From positions 1-54,894 of the IMG/VR virus record IMGVR_UViG_3300031951_000204: 54,894 nt of DNA; one strand, given 5' to 3'. The position numbers and the translations under genes are program-made. Positions 35,001-42,561 of the stretch are shown here, in pieces. Source of the DNA: a virus. Its lineage: Duplodnaviria > Caudoviricetes. Below the pieces are notes generated by a model. The model was not told the DNA's origin. It searched no databases and saw only the letters and a program-made list of their open reading frames with translations. Within the stretch, counting starts at the first letter, position 1. Each line of letters starts with the position of its first letter.

Positions 35001-38000
35001 GCTGACCGGCGCGAAGCACATTGACGAAGCTCTCAAGCTCCTGCCTCCCGGCGGGCGCTTGGTTGCCATCGTGGGCGAGGGCATGGCGCTGGAAGCTCCG
35101 AAATACAAGCCGTGGTGGGATCGCATCCGCCGCGATTACAACGTCCGCGCCAACATCCATGTCGATGGCCGCGAATACGCCAAGTATGGCACGACCTTTT
35201 CCAACCGGATTCTCGTCATTGACAAGGTGCCCCCGACCGGCGAAAGTATCGTCGGAGGCGAGGTCACACGAATCGAGGATTTGATTCCACTTCTCGACCC
35301 GGTAAGAACAACCCGCCCGACTCCAAATGAAAACGCTGCAATACCCGGAAATCCATCGCCACCCAATCAACAAGGCGGCATCGCTCCGACTCCGCAAGGA
35401 GGGAATGGACCGCGCGGCACCCCAAGAACTCCCGGTTCTCGCACTGGCTCGGGAAGTGCTGGTCAAGGAGGATCAGGAGGACTCGGAAGCGGCAATAGCA
35501 CTAACTCTGGTGGACAGGTCAATGGAGGAAGCAACGCAACTGATAGCGGAAGCGATAACACCGGAACAAATCCTGACGGACAACCTTCAGGACGTGGCGG
35601 ACAGGATTCTAGCGGAACTGCTGCCAAGCTAGACACCGAGGTTGAGCGCGACGAGGCATCGGCTGAGCGCAATGTGGATGAAAACGAGGTTTTCACCGAT
35701 TACACGCCGACGAAGTTCCGGCTGAAAGGATCACAGCCGCACCCGACCACGCTGGTTGAGAGTTCGGCCATGGCAACGACCGAGTTGCCAGCATCCACGG
35801 TCACGCTCAATCTTCCAAAGGAAGTCGTGACATCCGGCGAGCTTTCCGACGCGCAGCTTGAGGCCATTGCCTATGCGGTGCAGGCGCATGAGTCCGTGTT
35901 TGAAAACGGAGAGCGGCAGGGCTTTTTCATCGGTGATGGAACCGGCGTCGGCAAAGGCCGTGAAATTGCCGGGACCATCCTTCACAACTGGCGCGAAGGA
36001 CGGCGCAAGGCTGTTTGGATCACAGAGAAAAAGGATTTGGTGAAAGATGCACGGCGCGACTTTGACGGCATCGGAGGCAAGGATGTTTCTGTGTATGACA
36101 TGGCAAAAAACGTCCCAGCGCCACAAGGCGATGCGGTTGCGTTTTTGACGTATGACGGGTTGAAAGGAAATTTTGACGGCTTGACGCCAGATGGCGGAAT
36201 CCGGAAATCTGACGCCAAAAAACCCGCTCGCATCCAAAACCTTCTCAACTGGCTTGGCGCGGATTTTGATGGGTTGATCGCTTTGGACGAAGTTCATAAC
36301 GCGGGGAACGCGCTGGCGATCAGAGGCAGTCGTGGAACCAAGCAACCGTCACAAAAGGCCATTGCCGTAGTTGAGTTGCAAAAGGTGTTCCCGAAAGCTC
36401 GTTTCCTTTATGTTTCAGCCACCGGAGCGACCGAACCGAACAATCTGGCGTTTGCCTCGCGTCTTGGCATGTGGGGGCCGGGCAAGGCGTTCCGTGATGC
36501 CGTCAACTTCTACAATCAGATCAAATCCGCAGGCATTTCCGCCATGGAGATTGTCGCCCGCGACTTGAAAGCGATGGGTCTTTACGTTGCCCGCACGCTT
36601 TCCTTCAAAGGGCAGGATGGCGGCGAGTCGGTCACATTCACACGGCTTGAGCACAGCCTGACGCCAGATCAGGAAACCATTTACGGGAAAGCAGCGGAAG
36701 CATGGCAAACGATTTTCGCCAACATCGACCGCGCGCTTGCTGTGACAGGAGCAGCAAATAGCTCAAGGGCAAGAAACGCCGCCGCGTCCGCGTTTTGGGG
36801 ATCGCAGCAACGGTTTTTCAACGGCTTGCTTACCGCAATGCAGATGCCTTCCGCGATTGCGGACATGAAGCAGAAGCTGGACGAAGGCGGGTCAATCGTA
36901 ATCCAGTTGATAAATACCAACGAGGAAGCGTTGAACCGTGCAATCGCCCGCGCGCTTGCTGAAAATCCAACCAACCCGGATTACGAGAATGTGGACCTTT
37001 CCTCACGTCAGGACATTCTTGAGTTCATCCATAGCTCCTACCCTGTGAACCAATACGTTGAAGTTCCTAACGGAGTTGATTCGCAGGGGAATCCAAAAAC
37101 TCAATGGGTTCTTCTCACAGATGAAGAGGGCAACGCAATTCCCAACCCGCAGGCTGTTGCCATGCGCGATGCCTTGCTTGATGAAATGGCAAGGCTCCCA
37201 TTGCCCGATCCTCCGCTTGAGCAAATCATCAGGACGTTCGGCGCGGAAGCGGTTGCTGAAATCACCGGTAGGGACAGAAGGCTTATTGAAAAAACGGACG
37301 ACCGAGGAAGCACCCGGAGAGTGGTTGAAAGACGCAACGATTCAAAACGCGAAAAAGAGAAAAACGATTTCCTCGACGGCAAGCGCCGTATCCTCATGTT
37401 TTCGGACAAAGGCGGAACCGGATTCTCCTATCACGCTGGGGCGAACTTCAAGAACCAGCAGAAACGCTATCAATACGTCGTGCAGGCTGGTTGGCGTGCG
37501 GACAAGGCAATTCAAGGGCTTGGCCGGACCCACCGCGCCGATCAGGTCAAGACTCCGGCATTCATCCTTGTTTCCACCAACGTCAGCGGGCACAAACGGT
37601 TCATTTCCACCATCGCGCGGCGCTTGCAACAGCTTGGCGCGCTGACCTCCGGCGAGCGCAAGACCACCGGGCAGGGCTTGTTTGATGACAGCGACAACAT
37701 CGAGGATGCTTATGGTGACAGCGCCGTGACGAGGTTTTTCTTTGACCTGTTCCGCGGCGAGATTCCGGGGCTTGGATTTGACGACATCACAAGGAAACTT
37801 GGATTCCAAAAAACAACAATTGACCCGATAACTGGAGAAGAAGTCACAATCAACAAGCTCTTGGATGATGCGGGATTGCTGAATACAAGCAAGATTCCGG
37901 AACTTAGCCAGTTCCTAAACCGCATCCTCGCGCTGCCGATCCAAGAACAAAACTCGGTGTTCGACGCCTTCATGGAGCGCCGCGAGGTCTTTATCCGGGC

Positions 38001-41000
38001 GGCGAAAGAGTCCGGAAGCTATGACGCCGGGGTTGAAACCTTCAACGCGGACGAGCCGGAAGTCGTGGCGGATGAAGCGGTGTATCAAGACCCCAACTCG
38101 TCAGCGGCGACACGGCTGGTTGAAATCAAGTTCAAGCGGTTCTTCTCCTACAACGATTTCGATTTTGTCACCAGCCTTGCCAAGAATCCGAAATACGTCG
38201 TTTCCCGCGACGGAAAGCGTGTCTATGCGCTGGGTCAAACGGACTTGAACGTGACCATGGATGATGGTCGGGTGCTTCCCGGCTTCAAGCGGTTCACTCT
38301 CAAAAACGTCTCCATCGAGCCAAAGGAAAACTACACGACCGGCCCTCGCCCCGGAAAGGCCAAGGTTGGCGACCAGTTCACCCACAATGGCACGCAATGG
38401 GAGTTGATCGAAATTGACAGCGAGAACGGCAAAGCCCGGATTCGGGAGGTTGGCGTGGACCGGGAGAAACAGGCAATGCCGACCGGCGAGCTTCGTTCCC
38501 TCTACGAGCAAACCGGCAACGTGGTTGATGGCGTGAATGAGAACTCCCACTACGTTCCGGACTATTTCGAGTTGGATCAGGCCGAGGCGCAATCCGAGTG
38601 GAATCGCCTGCTTGCCGCCGAACCGAAGTTTGAGGAAAAGAACGCCACCTTCATTGTCGGATCGACGCTGCCAATCTGGCACCGCATCCCGTTTGCCAAC
38701 AAGCAGGTCAAGCGGGTGAAGATGGATGACGGAAGCTCGTTCCTTGGAATGCTCGTGCCGGAGGACAAGGTGGACGACACCCGCGCCCAACTCGGTGCTT
38801 CCGCATCGGAAGTCACCCCGGCCAAGGCCCGCGCCGCCATCATCGAGCGCGGCGCGCGTGTGGAACTCTCAAACGGCTGGGTGATGAAACGCACCAATTC
38901 GGCTGGCGAGCAACGGATTGAGGTTGTCGGCGTGGATCACACGCAATGGGGAACCGGCACGGAACCGGCGTGGAACCGCTACGGCTACATCGAGCGGATC
39001 AACTTTGCCCCGCGCTACTTCCTCCGCACCGACCTCGACTCAATCGACAAGCTCTTGCGCTACGCGCCAGCGGTGCAGATTGTTGAAGGCCTCCAAGCCG
39101 CCGAACTCCCCGCCCTCCGCGCCGACTCGCCGGAGTGGAAGTCGATGAGCAAGGCACAGCGCGCGGAGTACCTTAAAAAAAAAGGCGGTTTGGAAGCCGC
39201 CCCACTCCCTGAAACCGACGCCAACATCGGGCGTCTCCGCAGCAAGATTCAAGGCGGGATGAACAAGCCGCTTCTTGATGAAGCTCGCCGCCAGCAGGCC
39301 GCGTTTGGCAACATCAGCACGCCGCGCCTTGCCAATCCGGGCAACACCGAGCGGAGCCGGGCGGAACAGGACATTGTGGATGCGCTCTATGAGCACGAGC
39401 GGCAGGTTCGCAAGGACCGCGACGTATTTGCCGAAGCGCGCCGCCGCGTGAACGACGACCCCAAGGGGGTTGAGGAAAAGCTGTTGCAGATTGCCGAGGG
39501 CAAGACGTTCGCCACCGACGACGCGGATCACGTCGCGTTTGCCATGCTCATCAACCAGCGCGCCGCCGAGGCGGGCAACGACTTGACGAAACATGAAGCC
39601 AACATGGCGCTACGCATGGCCTACCGTGCAATGCGCGCCGACACCGCCCGCGAGCTTCGCATCGGCTACGACAAGTTTATGAAGCCGGAGGAACGGGCGC
39701 GGAAGGCGATTGCCGACGCGATTTACACCCCGACGCTGGCGATTGAGAAACGCGCGGCGCAGTTGAATTTCAGCCCGGAGAAGCAACGGGAATACATCCG
39801 GCAGGCCGCGAGCGAGCGGTTGCAGACCATCGAGAAGGCGCTGAAAAAAATGGGCGTCACGCTGGACGAGATTCTTTCCGGCCAAGCGTTCCTCAGCCTG
39901 TCGCAAAACGCCATTCTCAAGCAGGCGCTCGCCGTGCGGACGGCGGAAGAGCGGATGGTGGTCAAGATGCTGCAAGCCAAGACGCCGCTTGAGCGCATCA
40001 AGAAAAAGACCGGGTTCACCGAGGAACGCATCGAGGGAATCCGCGCGATGCTCTACGAGGAACTGCTTGAAAAGGCCAAGGAGAAGGTCCGCGCGGGCAT
40101 GAAGCTGGAAAACTTCAAGGATGCGATGAAAGGGCTGCAAGCCGCCCCACTTCCGGGCGCAGGGCTGACCGAAGAGCAGATTGAGGCGGAAGCGCGCCGG
40201 ATCGTGGAAATCGGGTTTGGCATCCCGCGCGAGACGCCAAAGGCATCCGTCGCCAAGCCGAAGCGGATCAAGCCCAAGGCTGACACCGACCCGCATCAAG
40301 CCGACTGGACCCGCCCCGTGTTCACGGATGGTCTGAATGACTACGATTTCGACACCAAGGACCGGGCGGAGATTATGAAGCGGGTGGAGGCCATCCGTGG
40401 CATCGCCAGCGCCACCGGCAAGATCAACACGCTCACCGGCAAGAAGAAGGCGCAGGCGGAGGCGCTTTTGAAGGAGATTGACGCCATCCTTGCCAAGTAT
40501 GGCACCGACTCGGAGAAAATCTTTGAGGCTGCAAAGCCGGTGGAGGAATACGCTTTCAACATCCACGACCGGGCGCACGTCGCCGCCATCGCCCGCGCGA
40601 TCCAAGCGATTGACGCCGACATCGTGGACAAGGGACTTGAGTGGGTTTATTCATCCATCCTTTCCGGCATCCAGACGATGACGGTGAACGCCACCGCGGC
40701 AATCCCGGCGGCATGGGATATGACTGTGGGCCGCGGCTTTGAAATGGCGGTCAACGCCCTGTTCCGCGACAAATCTTCCTCCACGCCGAACGAGGTCAAA
40801 TACATCCTCAAGGCCGCGCGCCCGGCGCTCGCCCGCGCCATGTCCAACGCATCCGCCACATGGGGCAGCGAGCTTCCCATGTTCGATGAGGATTTCTTGG
40901 GCAAGGCCGCGGACCTCGACAAGCTGTTTGACGGCCACGCGCCGAAGATTGGCGTGATTGGCGGCACCAAGGGCCGGATCATCCGCGTGCCGCTCCGCAT

Positions 41001-42540
41001 CCTGCTTGCGACCGACGAGTTCAACCGCACGGCAATCGCGGTGGCGGAAGTGGGAGCGATGGCCTACCGGGTGGCGCAGGCGCAAGGACTCAAACCCGGA
41101 ACGCCGGAGTTCGACAAGTTTCTCGCCAAGGAGGTCAACACAGCGGGCAGCTACTCCGCCAAGCTCGCCGCGGAAAAAGCCAGCAAGCTGATTTTCACCA
41201 ACCCGCTGCCGGGGCAAACCAATCCCATCACGGACGAGCGCGCTCCCATCGAGGGGATTGGCGACGTGGTTGGCGCGGGCGCGGCTTTGCTCAACTCGCT
41301 TGTCACCACCAAGACCGACAACCTGTTTGCCAAGGCGTTGCTCGCCATTCTCCGCGTGAGCTTCTTCCCGTTCCAGCGCACGCCGTTCAACCTGATTCGC
41401 CGCGGCGTCCGCCACACGCTCAATCCCATCAGTTTGATCGACATTGCGGTGTTGATGACAAAGAACTCAATCACCGTTGATACCAACGGCAAAATCCGGT
41501 GGAAGTGGAATGCGCGTGGCCGCAACCCGGAAATCGTGGTTCGCCTCGCGCAGCAACTCCAAGGCGCGACTCTGCTTGCCGCCCTGATGTCGATGGCTGC
41601 CGGGGAGGGCGACGAGGACGATCAGGACAAGCCCATCCTCATCACCGGAAGCCAGCCGTTCACCCTGAAAGGCATGGCCGAGCGGGAAGCGCAAATGCGC
41701 TCAGGCCTTGGCCCCTACCGCATTTCCTTCCGCCGCAAGGATGGGTCCGAGCGGTTCGGATTCAACTATGGCAGGCTTGAGCCGCTCGCCACCACGCTTG
41801 GCACCACGATTGACTCCCTCAAGGCATACAAGCGCACGAATCGCGCCGGGGCTGATGGCGCGGGAGTTGCCTCTTCCGTCCTTGGCGGACTGGTGGCGCA
41901 GGCGCAGGACAAGACCTATCTGCAAGGATTTGCCGACTTGTTCAGTCTCGTCAACAACGCGCTCGAAAGCGATGAGAGTCTGAAAGACAACCGGAAGTTC
42001 CAGCAGTTCATGGCAAGCCGCGTGGCGATGGCGTTCCCGAACATCATCAAGCAACCGATCCGCGAGACCGACCCCATGTATCGCGCCCGCGCGGAGGACT
42101 TCATGCAGGAGCTTCTTTATCAGGCCGCGCCCTACGGCCAGAAGGAAGCCAAGGCCGATCCATACGGACGCTTGGCGGAAAAGACCGGCAATCCGGTGGG
42201 CCGCGTGTTTGACGTGACGGACGCGGGAACCGACCCGGTAAATCCCTACGACAAAGCGCTTCTCCGCTGGCGCGACTCCGGCCAAGGCAAGCCGTGGTTC
42301 CCCGCTCCGATTGTCAACGGCAGCTTCAAGAACAACCGCACCGGCAAGGAGCAGGACATGACGCAGGATCAGCTTGCCGAGTTCCGCAACATCGCCGGAA
42401 AGCGCGTCACCGCCATGCTCAAGCGCGAGGCCATCAACCTTGAAAGCCCGACCATCATCGACATCGAAAAAATCAAAGACGCTCATTCCAAAGCTCGCTC
42501 CGAGGCCAAGAAGATGATCGCCTACAAACATTCACGCTAA
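29029..42540 (+). CDS. 4503-aa polyvalent (DarB-like) protein: glycine-zipper TM region, zincin-like motif, N6-adenine MTase, strawberry-notch SF2 helicase, helical C-terminus
   Basis: DEEIRH aa ~1042, FEPSAGLG aa ~1906, NPPF aa ~1978, GDGTGVGKGR aa ~2302, DEVH aa ~2420, QGLGRTHR aa ~2829. Confidence 0.88.
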   Translation: MDDSMFRQKGAGVPRGNESVAEDAVPSELSGGEVRVPIWKSFVGNKDFQERQAGAIAAEKSLMASAGRGGVRWGGDNGRLFRKAGSSIEEFDAEQLAEDPEAGPFARKSLFDRERRSAAAEYDGYDLKLQDPAFKARGLTEKDRQERQFEFEALPDTDPRKAQAKAAIDADDQYRAEKAEIEQRKYNAKVRATQLGNIDPDTWWANRATIGQARKPAPVEQAQAARGEARAADDSAMGREKELDAELMSGVSAARLAQIKAEKAEIAQARSLAGEQQVEADMAVDGVRQEAQAKVDQSVAERGFWADTIAALKRGYAGAAQSANILQGATDAENAQDIADYEKMKQANPASTEFQEFLNAKGFAESAAAFIKNPISIVSEVIAESAAQMVPSIALGFAGGSAGGALASAPTAGTAAPATVPIGAVVGSAIGAGTGSYLAEYGNAMLQSMQEAGMDAADPKSIQAFFGDEQKLAAAKEFAVKRGIPIAIFDAVSMGLAGKFMKPVQVAAKGGAKVTAGQVLKASGKELAAQAAAGAGGEAAAQLASTGEISEGKAIFLEGIAEVGFAPLEVASNLREFGGAAPGSKEADLMEQTTTALTAIDPEAAPPTPQEIGNAAFITGQGAGVEGLAESVVIERELAGIDAEDTAAVAAADQAVLDAKATGDAATIKAAETARESVIGGRAHLVRAVLKIASGRDISTLTDNELRSIGYKADKEKPGEYVELDADEAKAAGITKPMVRRGADESVVITDEALKRVEGILPRARARVKMGETEALDKAQQRANTPEWEVDTSAGPVRVKATSPEDAERIAAETSPLGQTVRPGSAKQVSPSPGSDSGNAPGGASPVNPAAGNQSSNETGQPQTPPGAANQQTGSAGNPAGASGGTASNAGGAQGAAGQGNAVPGAGKWSIVDSDGNYKSTYDTQKDAEAAAEYLNGADKSGKTYSVRPATAEESGGASSTGGKAAPGTKALAAARKRIEQIKSKNKRLADAIIETQDPSMWAMMSEDGKSIYLNVERIIKRALEIGMSEAQAAQYFARVLDEEIRHMAHNDSARNQYAKIAKEAGIHFDEKAFENWREQHYGEIWQNDFVAPGKDKIIRDLYSRDTTKGKTHNFDSLPAWKKAFEGIRALSQGDKVTEGSKLWTNIRDTLRQAIEAALAALKEFIDIASPTLKTEIQNLENALKQLNKPRGGTSKAGGKKPASGQAGAGTGGAAPQGGDSSPDSNGGTQPPPSDGAGAPLSVGARVSFVSSSPVLGDMAGQRIEGTIAILQNGMARVRPDFDPSISVAVPVDELTVEQAAKPQAKPASNEVGRNKNGDQIFTDANGVRYLEENGFRINQPVDMRPTRDGVESVPVSPQEMFDRGNLRFLTETEVEQMRAAKAAGGKDTEWEVANMELLSEDRARINAALVGDESVVNAIRNSDPQNARIQITSRVRAILAKWLNAREIDPKSYTYFSRMADNPVWIDSVFKSVGKEISAGTPQQTPTPPTNEKEGQGQGQAEGQMLTPPPSGDKSPAALTPEEEQAKKDLFDAFDGLVDGLEAAPLPEPEFYRERPPTDRLPQMQKAAQSLISAGVDTPGKLAEFLEKVAPNKLRQFSEFLWRQVNSFLMGDTAAVDWNEIYNASTNQDATIKVGDWVRFKDRPDEGPWTVWSKDGDRVKLDNSTRNLSFNIDNFEKVDPPQGQEEDADLRDSILGPPMDAPAEVVLDRLKKRLLKHAEGGNMDPHQIAGTWFEIFWNFNGDGYATIQGRGHKVSAKISDILKGKIGVQDSTNEESAPEPAAAYRLASQLAERIKRKEKTSIQELTRMASEVYGGRTGEGFDIKTAYDSVEMAINILIGESGMEVNVTPEQARQNLETIRGWLEYIPTQTRRTGEMDAMQQFSTPPHFSYIASWVAAVGNKDVGFEPSAGLGGLAAWMARAGADVRLNELSPRRREMLDQMHIGPPATGHDAGVLHSLLLPAINNGSMPQPTIVVMNPPFSNNAAGRKDLLTGAKHIDEALKLLPPGGRLVAIVGEGMALEAPKYKPWWDRIRRDYNVRANIHVDGREYAKYGTTFSNRILVIDKVPPTGESIVGGEVTRIEDLIPLLDPVRTTRPTPNENAAIPGNPSPPNQQGGIAPTPQGGNGPRGTPRTPGSRTGSGSAGQGGSGGLGSGNSTNSGGQVNGGSNATDSGSDNTGTNPDGQPSGRGGQDSSGTAAKLDTEVERDEASAERNVDENEVFTDYTPTKFRLKGSQPHPTTLVESSAMATTELPASTVTLNLPKEVVTSGELSDAQLEAIAYAVQAHESVFENGERQGFFIGDGTGVGKGREIAGTILHNWREGRRKAVWITEKKDLVKDARRDFDGIGGKDVSVYDMAKNVPAPQGDAVAFLTYDGLKGNFDGLTPDGGIRKSDAKKPARIQNLLNWLGADFDGLIALDEVHNAGNALAIRGSRGTKQPSQKAIAVVELQKVFPKARFLYVSATGATEPNNLAFASRLGMWGPGKAFRDAVNFYNQIKSAGISAMEIVARDLKAMGLYVARTLSFKGQDGGESVTFTRLEHSLTPDQETIYGKAAEAWQTIFANIDRALAVTGAANSSRARNAAASAFWGSQQRFFNGLLTAMQMPSAIADMKQKLDEGGSIVIQLINTNEEALNRAIARALAENPTNPDYENVDLSSRQDILEFIHSSYPVNQYVEVPNGVDSQGNPKTQWVLLTDEEGNAIPNPQAVAMRDALLDEMARLPLPDPPLEQIIRTFGAEAVAEITGRDRRLIEKTDDRGSTRRVVERRNDSKREKEKNDFLDGKRRILMFSDKGGTGFSYHAGANFKNQQKRYQYVVQAGWRADKAIQGLGRTHRADQVKTPAFILVSTNVSGHKRFISTIARRLQQLGALTSGERKTTGQGLFDDSDNIEDAYGDSAVTRFFFDLFRGEIPGLGFDDITRKLGFQKTTIDPITGEEVTINKLLDDAGLLNTSKIPELSQFLNRILALPIQEQNSVFDAFMERREVFIRAAKESGSYDAGVETFNADEPEVVADEAVYQDPNSSAATRLVEIKFKRFFSYNDFDFVTSLAKNPKYVVSRDGKRVYALGQTDLNVTMDDGRVLPGFKRFTLKNVSIEPKENYTTGPRPGKAKVGDQFTHNGTQWELIEIDSENGKARIREVGVDREKQAMPTGELRSLYEQTGNVVDGVNENSHYVPDYFELDQAEAQSEWNRLLAAEPKFEEKNATFIVGSTLPIWHRIPFANKQVKRVKMDDGSSFLGMLVPEDKVDDTRAQLGASASEVTPAKARAAIIERGARVELSNGWVMKRTNSAGEQRIEVVGVDHTQWGTGTEPAWNRYGYIERINFAPRYFLRTDLDSIDKLLRYAPAVQIVEGLQAAELPALRADSPEWKSMSKAQRAEYLKKKGGLEAAPLPETDANIGRLRSKIQGGMNKPLLDEARRQQAAFGNISTPRLANPGNTERSRAEQDIVDALYEHERQVRKDRDVFAEARRRVNDDPKGVEEKLLQIAEGKTFATDDADHVAFAMLINQRAAEAGNDLTKHEANMALRMAYRAMRADTARELRIGYDKFMKPEERARKAIADAIYTPTLAIEKRAAQLNFSPEKQREYIRQAASERLQTIEKALKKMGVTLDEILSGQAFLSLSQNAILKQALAVRTAEERMVVKMLQAKTPLERIKKKTGFTEERIEGIRAMLYEELLEKAKEKVRAGMKLENFKDAMKGLQAAPLPGAGLTEEQIEAEARRIVEIGFGIPRETPKASVAKPKRIKPKADTDPHQADWTRPVFTDGLNDYDFDTKDRAEIMKRVEAIRGIASATGKINTLTGKKKAQAEALLKEIDAILAKYGTDSEKIFEAAKPVEEYAFNIHDRAHVAAIARAIQAIDADIVDKGLEWVYSSILSGIQTMTVNATAAIPAAWDMTVGRGFEMAVNALFRDKSSSTPNEVKYILKAARPALARAMSNASATWGSELPMFDEDFLGKAADLDKLFDGHAPKIGVIGGTKGRIIRVPLRILLATDEFNRTAIAVAEVGAMAYRVAQAQGLKPGTPEFDKFLAKEVNTAGSYSAKLAAEKASKLIFTNPLPGQTNPITDERAPIEGIGDVVGAGAALLNSLVTTKTDNLFAKALLAILRVSFFPFQRTPFNLIRRGVRHTLNPISLIDIAVLMTKNSITVDTNGKIRWKWNARGRNPEIVVRLAQQLQGATLLAALMSMAAGEGDEDDQDKPILITGSQPFTLKGMAEREAQMRSGLGPYRISFRRKDGSERFGFNYGRLEPLATTLGTTIDSLKAYKRTNRAGADGAGVASSVLGGLVAQAQDKTYLQGFADLFSLVNNALESDESLKDNRKFQQFMASRVAMAFPNIIKQPIRETDPMYRARAEDFMQELLYQAAPYGQKEAKADPYGRLAEKTGNPVGRVFDVTDAGTDPVNPYDKALLRWRDSGQGKPWFPAPIVNGSFKNNRTGKEQDMTQDQLAEFRNIAGKRVTAMLKREAINLESPTIIDIEKIKDAHSKARSEAKKMIAYKHSR

Positions 42541-42561
42541 CCCCAACGAAACGTAAAGGCC

